Assembly (NCBI GenBank): GCA_964538855.1
Contig: CAZIEY010000002.1
Coordinates: forward strand, 65,709 to 129,708
Direction of reading: 5' to 3'
Source: an uncultured Candidatus Saccharibacteria bacterium
GTDB taxonomy: Bacteria > Patescibacteriota > Minisyncoccia > Phycocordibacterales > JAACPR01
DNA length: 64,000 bases
The notes under the pieces were generated by a model. The model ran no database searches, was not told the origin of the DNA, and worked only from the letters and a program-made list of their open reading frames with translations. Made by a program: the position numbers and the translations under genes. This document shows, piece after piece, positions 20,092 through 32,394 of the stretch. The first letter of the stretch is position 1. Each line of letters starts with the position of its first letter.

Positions 20092-20202
20092 ATGTCAAAG
20101 CGTCACGAAAAACAAAAAGCGAAGAAAAGGCACAGAGAGGCTAGCAATGGAGGTCCGTCTAGCAATTCGGGGACTCGGCAGAGCGGTAGAGGGGGTAAAT
20201 AG
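20092..20202 (+). CDS. Candidate small basic protein (36 aa) with strong SD; could instead lie within a structured RNA
   Basis: SD ggaggt is 9 nt upstream of the ATG. MSKRHEKQKAKKRHREASNGGPSSNSGTRQSGRGGK. Not in the ORF track because it is under 60 aa. Confidence 0.35.
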   Translation: MSKRHEKQKAKKRHREASNGGPSSNSGTRQSGRGGK

Positions 20203-20204
20203 CC

Positions 20205-20366
20205 ATGGCGCTTAAACCCCTGAAGTTCACATGCCGAAATCCTTGTTTCCGCTCGATTGACGGTACTGGCGGTGGCAAAGGAAAACGGGTGTTCGTTGCC
20301 CGTAAACTCTCGAAGGGTGCTTGCCCTTCCGCTTCTGGTATTCCCAATAAGGCGAGGTGGGAATAA
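20205..20366 (+). CDS. Candidate small protein (53 aa) with strong SD, immediately downstream
   Basis: SD gaggggg is 9 nt upstream of ATG 20205. MALKPLKFTCRNPCFRSIDGTGGGKGKRVFVARKLSKGACPSASGIPNKARWE has three Cys. A GC-rich segment inside an AT-rich genome. Confidence 0.35.
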   Translation: MALKPLKFTCRNPCFRSIDGTGGGKGKRVFVARKLSKGACPSASGIPNKARWE

Positions 20367-20390
20367 TCGTTTCTCTCCCTTGTCTCATTT

Positions 20391-20421
20391 GGCCCGCGCA
20401 AGCACGCGGGCCTTTCCTTTT
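20391..20421 (+). terminator. Rho-independent terminator
   Basis: ggcccgcgcaagcacgcgggcc is a perfect 8-bp stem, followed by tttccttttat. Confidence 0.7.
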
Positions 20422-20449
20422 ATCTACAAACTGCTACCATATATATCAA

Positions 20450-22381
20450 ATGCCAGATTCAACTTTCGAGGGGATTATTAATATAAGTACAAAGGCGGTT
20501 GGATACGTGCGAAATCCAAATGGGGGTGATGACGTGGTGATTGAGAGTGCTGATTTAAACAAAGCCCTCAACGGCGATAAAGTTCGCATTCAATTACAAG
20601 CTGCGACTGTCGATGGAAAGCCAAAAGGCGAAGTGACTGCGATTCTTTCTCGAGCTCGTGAACAATTCGTAGGTACTGTTTTGAAAAAAGAAACTGGTTG
20701 TGAAATTTTACCAGACAATCGTCGCATTCATGTGCGTTTTAATTTGCCGGAGGCCGATGCGGAAAAAACTGCTGCAAACGACAAGGTACTCATCAAATTG
20801 GGTGATTGGATTGATGAGAGTCAAAACCCAAGTGCAAAGCTTCTCAAAATTTTTGGTCAGAAAGGCAAACACGAAGTCGAAATGCAATCGATCATTTACG
20901 ACAAAGGTTTCGATTCAGAATTTCCAGCCGAAGTTGAGGCCGAAGCAAAACGCCTCAAGGCAGAATGGACTCCAATTCCTGCCGCAGAAATCGCAAAGCG
21001 TCGCGACATTCGCGAGAAAAACGTTTTTACAATTGACCCGTATGACGCAAAGGACTTTGACGACGCCCTCCACATTATTCCGCTTGAAAATGGGAATTTC
21101 GAAGTTGGTATTCACATCGCCGACGTTTCAAATTTCGTGACGCCGGGCAGCGCTTTGGACCGTGAAGCACATGAACGTGCGTTTTCTGTCTATCTCGTTG
21201 ACCGCACAATTCCGATGTTGCCAGAAATTTTGTCGAACGAACTTTGCTCGCTTAATCCGAACGAAGACAAAATGTCATTCAGTGCCATTTTTGAAATGAA
21301 CGCCAATGCCGAAGTCGTTTCTCGATGGTTTGGGAAAACAATTATGAATTCCAAAAAGCGCTTCACGTATGAAGAAGCTCAAGCGGTGCTCGACGCGGAA
21401 TCAGGACCTCTCGCTGCGGACTTGCTCAAAATGAATGAGCTCGCCAAAATCATGCAAAAGCGTCGAAAGGAAAGTGGCGCCATCGATTTTGAAAGTCAAG
21501 AAATTAAATTCGAGCTCGATAAAGATGGTCACCCAATTCGCATCATTAAAAAAGACCGTATCGACACAAACAAATTGGTCGAGGAATTTATGCTTCTTGC
21601 AAACAAAGAAGTAGCGAAATTTATTTACGATCAAAACAAAAAAGTCGGAGGCAACGACATTGGTCTTATGTATCGAATTCACGATGTCCCGAACCCTGAC
21701 AAAATTAAACAACTCGCATTGTTCCTCAAAGCGATGGGATATGTGTTGCCCATTAATGACGAAGGTAGTATCACAGCAAAAGACTTGAACGCACTTTTCG
21801 AAAAAGTGGCTGGCAAAGCAGAAGAAGCACTCGTGAAAACCGCGTCTGTGCGAACAATGAGCAAGGCGATTTATTCAACCGAAAATTCCGGTCACTTTGG
21901 TTTGGCGTTTGAATATTACACGCACTTTACATCGCCGATTCGGCGTTATCCGGACTTGCTTGTGCACCGCATTCTGCAAGCCTTTTTAACGAACAAAAAA
22001 TTGGAAGAAAGCGAATTGCAACATTTCCAAGAATCAGCTAGCCGTTCAAGTGAACGCGAAGTCAACGCTGCTGATGCAGAACGTGATTCTATCAAATATA
22101 AACAGGCCGAATACATGGCGGATCATATTGGCCAAGTTTATGAAGGTGTGATTTCCGGCGTGTCTGCATGGGGAATTTATGTTGTGGTTGATGAAACTCT
22201 CGCCGAAGGTATGGTGCACATCTCAAAACTCGGCAACGATTTCTTTAACTTGGATGAGAAAAATTACGCAATTGTCGGCGAGAAAACCAAAGTCCGCTTC
22301 AGTTTGGGCGATAAAATTAAGGTAAAAGTTGAAAAGACTGATTTGGACAAGAAAAACATAGATTTTTCTTTGGCGAAATAA
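20450..22381 (+). CDS. rnr: Ribonuclease R
   Basis: RNB catalytic domain (IDPYDAKDFDDALH), cold-shock/OB domains, and a C-terminal S1 domain. The start was moved to MPDSTFEG; the upstream part of the track ORF covers the GC-rich unit. Confidence 0.85.
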   Translation: MPDSTFEGIINISTKAVGYVRNPNGGDDVVIESADLNKALNGDKVRIQLQAATVDGKPKGEVTAILSRAREQFVGTVLKKETGCEILPDNRRIHVRFNLPEADAEKTAANDKVLIKLGDWIDESQNPSAKLLKIFGQKGKHEVEMQSIIYDKGFDSEFPAEVEAEAKRLKAEWTPIPAAEIAKRRDIREKNVFTIDPYDAKDFDDALHIIPLENGNFEVGIHIADVSNFVTPGSALDREAHERAFSVYLVDRTIPMLPEILSNELCSLNPNEDKMSFSAIFEMNANAEVVSRWFGKTIMNSKKRFTYEEAQAVLDAESGPLAADLLKMNELAKIMQKRRKESGAIDFESQEIKFELDKDGHPIRIIKKDRIDTNKLVEEFMLLANKEVAKFIYDQNKKVGGNDIGLMYRIHDVPNPDKIKQLALFLKAMGYVLPINDEGSITAKDLNALFEKVAGKAEEALVKTASVRTMSKAIYSTENSGHFGLAFEYYTHFTSPIRRYPDLLVHRILQAFLTNKKLEESELQHFQESASRSSEREVNAADAERDSIKYKQAEYMADHIGQVYEGVISGVSAWGIYVVVDETLAEGMVHISKLGNDFFNLDEKNYAIVGEKTKVRFSLGDKIKVKVEKTDLDKKNIDFSLAK

Positions 22382-22461
22382 TTCGGCGTATTAAAATTGT
22401 AAAACCCCGCTGAGCGATTGCTCGAGCGAGGCAGAAAGAGGGCGCCTCTTTCTAATGCGAG

Positions 22462-22959
22462 TCACCAGATGTCCGGACCTTCTTGGATGACCTCGATGGT
22501 GCCGGGTTGGTAACCCTCCTCTCCGGATCGTCCTGCATTCAGCAGACGTTGGAGTTCTTGAGCGTTACTGGTTGTAATCGTTATTGTGACGAACCCATCA
22601 GCCGGGAAGTGTTTCCGAATCACACGAATGTACAGCTGCCGCCTGACTCCACCTGCGTCCAGCATTTCTTTGAACAGGTAACGGACCTTATCGTTGTGAC
22701 ACATGAGGTAATGAAGGTCGCGCCAGCAAGCTTCACGAATAACCTGACGTGCAGCGTCCATATTTTCGTACATGGCGCGAAAAGCTTCCAGTGTAACCTC
22801 ATGAAAATCATGAGTAGGCAAGGAGATCGTGCCAGCCTTAGCCGTCACCAACAAATCACGGCACTTTCTTGCCTGCGTAATATCAAACTTCTCGCGACCC
22901 CACATGAGGTCGTACAGTCCTTGGTAAAACGCAAAGACCTGCTCCATAGGCTTTTTCAT
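22462..22959 (-). CDS. Hypothetical protein; GC-rich gene
   Basis: 165-aa ORF with no recognisable motif and markedly higher G+C than its neighbours. Convergent with rnr, with a palindromic hairpin (agaaagagggcgcctctttct) between them. Confidence 0.5.
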   Translation of the reverse strand: MKKPMEQVFAFYQGLYDLMWGREKFDITQARKCRDLLVTAKAGTISLPTHDFHEVTLEAFRAMYENMDAARQVIREACWRDLHYLMCHNDKVRYLFKEMLDAGGVRRQLYIRVIRKHFPADGFVTITITTSNAQELQRLLNAGRSGEEGYQPGTIEVIQEGPDIW

Positions 22960-23165
22960 CGTCTATACTCCCGAAAGGTCATGTTTTTCACGATGACCAA
23001 CGTGAAGCTTGGCAAACCGACGTGGTAGCCATAGCCAATAAATTCCTAGGTGCAAGAATCTCTTGGCTATGGCTAACAGTGTGTAAAAGAACTTTGGATA
23101 CAATTATATCACATATAAGACACATGTCAAATACTGCGTATCACACCAATATCCAAGTGTATCAG

Positions 23166-23194
23166 TTGACCAAAATCACGTATTCTGTTAGTAT
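23166..23194 (+). promoter_or_regulatory. Promoter TTGACC-17-TAGTAT placing the start site about at the rpsP ATG (probably a leaderless mRNA)
   Basis: ttgacc at 23166-23171 with a 17-nt spacer, then tagtat at 23189-23194. The ATG sits 7 nt after the -10 element and there is no SD. Confidence 0.5.
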
Positions 23195-23201
23195 TTCACC
23201 C

Positions 23202-23549
23202 ATGTTATCAATACGACTACAACGAGTAGGTCGAAAGAACGAACCAGCATTTCGTTTTGTTTTGACTGACTCAAAAAATTCAACAAAAAGCGGCAAGTTT
23301 TTAGAAATTCTTGGTTCACACGATCCTCGCAATAAAAAGGCGACTGTCATGAATGTGGAACGAATGAAGGAACTTATTGCCCAGGGTGCAAAACCTTCTG
23401 ACACAATCACAAACATGTTGATTGAGAAAAAGGTAATCACAGGAAAGAAAATCAACGTTCTTCCAAAGAAAAGCCCGATTAAAAAAGAGGGTGCGGACGC
23501 GGCGGCGGCTCCAGCAGCAGAAGCTCCAAAAGAAGAAGTGAAGGCATAA
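23202..23549 (+). CDS. rpsP: Ribosomal protein bS16 with an Ala/Lys-rich C-terminal tail
   Basis: MLSIRLQRVGRKNEPAFRFVLTDSKNSTKSGKFLEILGSHDP...AQGAKPSDT matches the bS16 consensus. The track start at 23022 was trimmed. Confidence 0.85.
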   Translation: MLSIRLQRVGRKNEPAFRFVLTDSKNSTKSGKFLEILGSHDPRNKKATVMNVERMKELIAQGAKPSDTITNMLIEKKVITGKKINVLPKKSPIKKEGADAAAAPAAEAPKEEVKA

Positions 23550-23585
23550 GCTTCATAAAAACTGTCCGAAAGGGCGGTTTTTCAT

Positions 23586-23615
23586 TTGACAAACCACTGT
23601 TTTTTGATTTATAAT
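23586..23615 (+). promoter_or_regulatory. Promoter TTGACA-18-TATAAT upstream of the KH-domain gene
   Basis: ttgaca at 23586-23591 and tataat at 23610-23615. Confidence 0.5.
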
Positions 23616-23672
23616 ATAACCTAGGCAGTGCGTAATGCACGCTGAAAGTGTTTTAAGAATAATAAACCATAC

Positions 23673-23987
23673 ATGACTGACAATAAAGAACTAGACTATC
23701 AATTTCTAGAGTACGTGGTTAAAAATCTCGTAGACAAGCCGGATGAAGTCAAAATCACCCGAACAGTCGACGAAATGGGAGTGCTACTTACTTTGGGAGT
23801 GAGCCCGGAAGACATGGGAAAAATTATTGGTCGACAAGGTAACACAGCAAAAGCTATTCGAATTTTGCTTCGAGTGGTAGGTATGAAAAATACAGCACGT
23901 GTAAACTTGAAGATTAACGAACCAGAAGGAGGATCTCGAGTCGCGCCAAAATCAGTTGATGAGGCGGTGGATGATTTGAAGCTTTAG
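23673..23987 (+). CDS. KH-domain RNA-binding protein (YlqC/UPF0109-like)
   Basis: The GXXG KH core is LTLGVSPEDMGKIIGRQGNTAKAIRILL. It sits in the typical position after rpsP. Confidence 0.75.
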   Translation: MTDNKELDYQFLEYVVKNLVDKPDEVKITRTVDEMGVLLTLGVSPEDMGKIIGRQGNTAKAIRILLRVVGMKNTARVNLKINEPEGGSRVAPKSVDEAVDDLKL

Positions 23988-23989
23988 CT

Positions 23990-24117
23990 AAGAAAAACAA
24001 AGTAACTAAATTTTAAAGTCCTCGGGTCGCATCACGCACGTTCAGAAATGAATGTGCGTTTTGTGTTGATGCTCAACCAGACATTTAAAATTTAGTTACT
24101 TTGTTTTTCTTGACAAG
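23990..24117. repeat. Palindromic intergenic element, copy 3 (long form, inverted orientation)
   Basis: aaaaacaaagtaactaaattttaaagtcctcgggtcgc...ctcaaccagacatttaaaatttagttactttgttttt. Near-exact reverse complement of the copy-1 core, including the 45-bp inner module. The outer arms, taactaaa / tttagtta, are self-complementary but differ from copy 1. Confidence 0.75.
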
Positions 24118-24193
24118 ATCCCTCGCATGGTGTTTGATTGCAGTAGATGGAACGTTCCATCATCACTTGGTAATCCTATAACGGAGATACACG

Positions 24194-24487
24194 ATGACTG
24201 AACCTGAGTTTCAAACGCTCTTGAAGACAGCTGCTGGGCCGTATCAATCGGCTTATTTTGCGGGTCAGAATGCGCGAGGTGAATTTGTCCGTCTTGGTTT
24301 CAATCGAGAACAGGTGGACTCAGCCGTCAAGGCGGTGGAAAAGCTGTTCGAGGGTAATCTTGGTTTTTTCCCCCAACCCCACATCGTCACGGCGGCTTAT
24401 GAAGATCACAATAGGCTCGGGTTGCAAAACTCCGAAAGCGAACAAGGCATCAGTCTTGTTGATGCTGAGGTGTCTGGCAAGATTTGA
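24194..24487 (+). CDS. Hypothetical protein (97 aa) at the position where rimM is usually found
   Basis: ORF followed by a strong terminator. No RimM motifs. Moderately GC-rich. Confidence 0.45.
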   Translation: MTEPEFQTLLKTAAGPYQSAYFAGQNARGEFVRLGFNREQVDSAVKAVEKLFEGNLGFFPQPHIVTAAYEDHNRLGLQNSESEQGISLVDAEVSGKI

Positions 24488-24506
24488 GCCGCTTGCCTTT
24501 TCTGGA

Positions 24507-24539
24507 CTCTGGAGCGTGCCCACGCTCCAGAGTTTTTTA
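24507..24539 (+). terminator. Rho-independent terminator
   Basis: ctctggagcgtg-ccc-acgctccagag, followed by ttttttat. Confidence 0.8.
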
Positions 24540-24559
24540 TTTGTCAAACACATAAACTT

Positions 24560-25219
24560 GTGATTAAATATAGCCCAATGAATTTCCATATCATCACACT
24601 TTTTCCAGAATCATTTGATTCGTATGTTAATGCGTCTATCATCGGTCGCGCTATTAACGATAAGAAAATTCGTATTAAATTTTATAATCCCCGCGACTAC
24701 ATGGCTCGACCAAAAGACCGCGTTGATAAGAAACCGTACGGTGGCGGACCTGGCATGGTGCTCGAAGCTTTACCAATTGTAAAAGCCATCGCTAAAGCCA
24801 AAGGTTCCAAGAAGAAAGTGAAAATATTTTTCATGTCGCCTGGCGGGGAAAAATTCACGAATGAAATCGCGCACACCGCAGTTGAAAAATTCACCGATAT
24901 TATTATTATTTGTGGTCGCTATGAAGGCATCGATGAACGAGTCAACAAAATTTTTAAAACTGAAAAGATTTCTATCGGTGATTATGTTGTAACTGGCGGA
25001 GAATTGCCAGCTATGATTATGATCGACACCATGGCGCGACAGATACCGGGTGTGCTCGGTAATTTTGACTCAGTCGAAGAAAATCGTATCTCGACAAACG
25101 CGGTGTATACCCGTCCGGAAAAGCTTGTTTATAAAGGCAAAGCATACAAAGTGCCAAAGGTCCTCCTCAGCGGTAATCACGCCAAAATCGACGAGTGGAA
25201 ATTGCAAAATAGGGGATAA
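24560..25219 (+). CDS. trmD: tRNA (guanine37-N1)-methyltransferase
   Basis: FHIITLFPESFDSY N-terminus and SPOUT knot motifs (GGELPAMIMID). The start could alternatively be MNFHII at 24578. Confidence 0.85.
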   Translation: MIKYSPMNFHIITLFPESFDSYVNASIIGRAINDKKIRIKFYNPRDYMARPKDRVDKKPYGGGPGMVLEALPIVKAIAKAKGSKKKVKIFFMSPGGEKFTNEIAHTAVEKFTDIIIICGRYEGIDERVNKIFKTEKISIGDYVVTGGELPAMIMIDTMARQIPGVLGNFDSVEENRISTNAVYTRPEKLVYKGKAYKVPKVLLSGNHAKIDEWKLQNRG

Positions 25220-25262
25220 CTCGCTTGAAAATACGGCTTTGAATTGCTGTGGGTAACTCGGT

Positions 25263-25292
25263 TTGACAGCGCGCCTAAATTTGTGCTATATT
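25263..25292 (+). promoter_or_regulatory. Promoter TTGACA-18-TATATT in the 270-bp AT-rich region upstream of rpoB
   Basis: ttgaca at 25263-25268 and tatatt at 25287-25292. Confidence 0.45.
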
Positions 25293-25495
25293 ACTTGTCA
25301 AGTGAATAACGAATGTGTTACGGGACACGATATATGTTAAGGGTTTTATGGATTAGAATTTTTTGCAAAATTTTTTAATAATGTAGGATTCATTTATTTG
25401 AATCAAAAAAATCGATATTAAATATAAGAAAAACCAATCTTGGGGAAGATTTGGCTCACCTTCTTTTATTTTTTGTTGAGTAAATACAATTACAC

Positions 25496-28400
25496 ATGTC
25501 CACTGAAAAAAGCGCGAAGGATTTTGGAATGAGCGTGGGAGCTCGTCCGAAAAAGTATTTCAAACGGTATCATAAATCCGCTTTGGAATTACCTGATTTG
25601 TTTGAAGGTCAAACCAAATCATTCGAATGGTTATTAAAAGACGGCATCAAAGAAGTTTTTCAAGAATACGGATCAATTCCTGATTACTCTGGTAAGAAAT
25701 TCGAACTAAAGTTCACTGATTTCACTTTTGAAAAGCCAAAATTTGACGACAAACATGCGAAAGTCAAGAATTTGACTTACGAAGCTGCGCTGAAAGTCAC
25801 TGCAAAGTTGATGAATCGTGTTTTGGGTACAGAAAAAGAACAGGAAATTTTCCTTTCTGATTTTCCAATGATGACAAAGTACGGAACCTTCATCATCAAC
25901 GGTGTTGAACGTGTTATCGTTCCACAACTCGCTCGTTCTTACGGAATCATCTTTACGAGTCAAATTGTGAAGGGTCACAATACATTCGGTGCAAAAGTTA
26001 TTCCAGCTCGTGGTGCATGGGTTGAACTTGAAACTGATCAAGACGACATTGTCTATATTCGCATCGACCGAAATCGAAAATTCCCAATTACTTCATGGCT
26101 CCGCGTCATGGGTCTTTCGACTGACGAAAAAATCCTTGCTCTCTTCAAAAAGAATGAAAAAGTCCTCACTGCGATCAAAAAGACTCTTGAAAAAGACTCT
26201 GTAAAGACCGTAGAAGAAGCTTACACAGACATTTATAAGCGCCTTCGTGACGGAGACTTGGCGACACTTGAAAATGCCCGTGAATTTATCGATTCTATTT
26301 TGTCTGAAACTCGTTACGATCTTTCTGAAGTTGGACGATTTAAATTTAATTCACGATTTTCTCTTGCGACAGATAAAAAATCTCTTGCGATTCGAACTCT
26401 CACTACAGATGATTTTGCGGTAATTATTAATCATATGATTGCGCTCAACCACACTCCTGGCGCAGAAGCTGATGATATCGATCATCTCGGATCACGACGT
26501 GTTCGTTATGTTGGTGAATTGCTCCAGCAAAAATTGCGAACAGGTATGGCGCAAATGAAGCGAAATATTCAAAACCGAATGTCGACTATCGACACGGATA
26601 CTTCTTTGCCGATCAGCCTTATTACACCTCGACCGCTCCAGGCGCGTATCAAGGAATTTTTCACTACAAACCAGTTGTCACAATTCATGCAACAGGAAAA
26701 CACGCTCACTGAAATCGAGCACTTGCGAACAATTTCAGCACTTGGTCCCGGCGGTTTGACTCGTGAACGAGCAGGTCTTGAAGTTCGTGACGTGCACCCT
26801 TCGCACTACGGTCGAGTTTGTCCAATCCATACACCAGAAGGTCAAAACATTGGTTTGATTTTGCGCTTCTCACTTTTTGCTCGAACAAATATTTTCGGAA
26901 TGATCGAAACTCCATATTTGCGAGTAAAAAATGGAAAACTTACTAAAGAAATTGTGTATTTAAACGCTCTCGAAGAACACGATCATAGAATTGCGAATGC
27001 GACTTCTCCAATGACAGACGGTGAATTGACTGAGAAATACGTAAACATTCGTATCGATGGTCGTCCTGATGTTTGTAAAAATGAAGAAGTTGACCTCATC
27101 GACATTGTTCCGAGCCAGGCGTTTTCTATCGCGACTTCGATGATTCCATTTTTGGATCACGACGATGCAAACCGTTCTTTGATGGCATCGAACATGCAAA
27201 AGCAAGCGACACCTGTTTTGGTTCCAGAAGCTCCGCTCGTTGCAACTGGTGTCGAAGAAGAGGCTCTTACATATTCAAACCGGATTATCCGATCGAAAGA
27301 AGAAGGTGTTGTTTCAAAAGCTGACGCTCGAAAAGTTGCTGTCAAAGATTCAAAGGGTAAGGAAACTGTATACGATTTGATTAACTTTGAACGAACAAAC
27401 GGCTTTACTTCATTCCATCAACGACCTGTTGTTGAAGTTGGACAAAAAGTAAAAAAGAATCAATTGCTCGCTGACAACTCGACAACTGATAATGCACAAA
27501 TTGCGATTGGTAAAAACCTCCGCATCGCGTTCTTGTCATGGTCTGGTTCTAACTACGAAGATGCGATCATCTTGAATGAACGCCTCGTAAAAGACAGCGA
27601 ATTGACTTCTATTCACCTCGAAGAAGTTGTAGTAAACGTTCGTGATACAAAACTTGGTCCGGAAGTTACAACATCTGATATTCCAAACGTAAGCGATCAG
27701 AAACTTAAGAACCTCGACGAAGAAGGTATTATCCGAATCGGTGCCGAAGTTCGACCTGACGATATTTTGGTTGGTAAAATTACTCCAAAGGGTGAAACAC
27801 AATTGACTCCAGAAGAACGCTTGCTCCGATCTATTTTCGGTGAAAAAGCGCGTGAAGTAAAAGACTCTTCAAAGCGAGCTGAAGGTGGTTTGCGAGGTCG
27901 TGTTGTTGGTATCAAGGTATTCTCACGAGAAAATGGCGATAAATTGGATTCAGGTATTATCAAGAAAATTCACGTCGAAGTAGCACAACTCCGTAACATT
28001 TCTGTCGGTGATAAATTGGCGGGTCGTCACGGTAACAAGGGTGTTATCTCAAAAGTTCTTCCTTCAGAAGATATGCCATTCACAGAAGACGGTGAACCTG
28101 TCGATTTGATTTTGACACCACTTGGTGTTCCGAGCCGTATGAACCTCGGTCAGATTTTGGAATTACACCTTGGCCATGCTGCGCACAAATTGGGTTATCA
28201 AGCGATTTGCCCAGCATTTGCCGGAGCAACTGTAGATGAAATTCGTGAAGAATTGAAAAAAGCTGGTCTTCAGGAAGATGGTAAGGCGAAATTGTTCGAT
28301 GGACGAACAGGAGAAAAATTTGAACAAGACGTCTCGGTCGGTTACATGTACATGTTGAAACTTCACCACATGGTCGAAGACAAATTGCACATGCGATCTA

Positions 28401-28711
28401 TTGGTCCATACTCTCTCATTAACCAACAACCGCTCGGAGGTAAGGCTCAAAACGGAGGACAGCGATTCGGAGAAATGGAAGTCTGGGCATTGCTCGGTCA
28501 CGGAGCGGCTCACACGTTGCGAGAAATGTTGACGTACAAATCTGACGATATTTTGGGTCGTTCGGCAGCGTTTGACGCCATCGTGAAAGGCGAACCGATT
28601 TCACAAGCAAACTTACCAGCCTCATTCGATGTGTTGGTCAAAAATATGAGAGGACTTGCTCTCGATATTGACTTCAAGAATGTTGATGAAGCTAACGGTG
28701 AAAACAAATAA
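25496..28711 (+). CDS. rpoB: DNA-directed RNA polymerase beta subunit
   Basis: 1071 aa. Conserved RpoB blocks include GAKVIPARGAW and, near the C-terminus, MEVWALLGHGAAHTLRE. Confidence 0.95.
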   Translation: MSTEKSAKDFGMSVGARPKKYFKRYHKSALELPDLFEGQTKSFEWLLKDGIKEVFQEYGSIPDYSGKKFELKFTDFTFEKPKFDDKHAKVKNLTYEAALKVTAKLMNRVLGTEKEQEIFLSDFPMMTKYGTFIINGVERVIVPQLARSYGIIFTSQIVKGHNTFGAKVIPARGAWVELETDQDDIVYIRIDRNRKFPITSWLRVMGLSTDEKILALFKKNEKVLTAIKKTLEKDSVKTVEEAYTDIYKRLRDGDLATLENAREFIDSILSETRYDLSEVGRFKFNSRFSLATDKKSLAIRTLTTDDFAVIINHMIALNHTPGAEADDIDHLGSRRVRYVGELLQQKLRTGMAQMKRNIQNRMSTIDTDTSLPISLITPRPLQARIKEFFTTNQLSQFMQQENTLTEIEHLRTISALGPGGLTRERAGLEVRDVHPSHYGRVCPIHTPEGQNIGLILRFSLFARTNIFGMIETPYLRVKNGKLTKEIVYLNALEEHDHRIANATSPMTDGELTEKYVNIRIDGRPDVCKNEEVDLIDIVPSQAFSIATSMIPFLDHDDANRSLMASNMQKQATPVLVPEAPLVATGVEEEALTYSNRIIRSKEEGVVSKADARKVAVKDSKGKETVYDLINFERTNGFTSFHQRPVVEVGQKVKKNQLLADNSTTDNAQIAIGKNLRIAFLSWSGSNYEDAIILNERLVKDSELTSIHLEEVVVNVRDTKLGPEVTTSDIPNVSDQKLKNLDEEGIIRIGAEVRPDDILVGKITPKGETQLTPEERLLRSIFGEKAREVKDSSKRAEGGLRGRVVGIKVFSRENGDKLDSGIIKKIHVEVAQLRNISVGDKLAGRHGNKGVISKVLPSEDMPFTEDGEPVDLILTPLGVPSRMNLGQILELHLGHAAHKLGYQAICPAFAGATVDEIREELKKAGLQEDGKAKLFDGRTGEKFEQDVSVGYMYMLKLHHMVEDKLHMRSIGPYSLINQQPLGGKAQNGGQRFGEMEVWALLGHGAAHTLREMLTYKSDDILGRSAAFDAIVKGEPISQANLPASFDVLVKNMRGLALDIDFKNVDEANGENK

Positions 28712-28712
28712 C

Positions 28713-32384
<3,672 letters not shown>

Positions 32385-32394
32385 ACAAAAACTC

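Noticed and set aside
20040-20430. Assignment of the GC-rich unit as tmRNA (ssrA) or RNase P RNA
   Set aside because: No GGTTCGAnTCC-type T-loop or acceptor/CCA end, no tag-peptide ORF ending in ALAA, and no P4 (AGUCCGG...CCGGCUUA) motifs could be found. It is left unclassified.
20159-20481. Track ORFs 20159-20401 (minus) and 20257-20481 (plus)
   Set aside because: They overlap the promoter-terminator unit and have no RBS. Alternative SD-led small ORFs fit the signals better.
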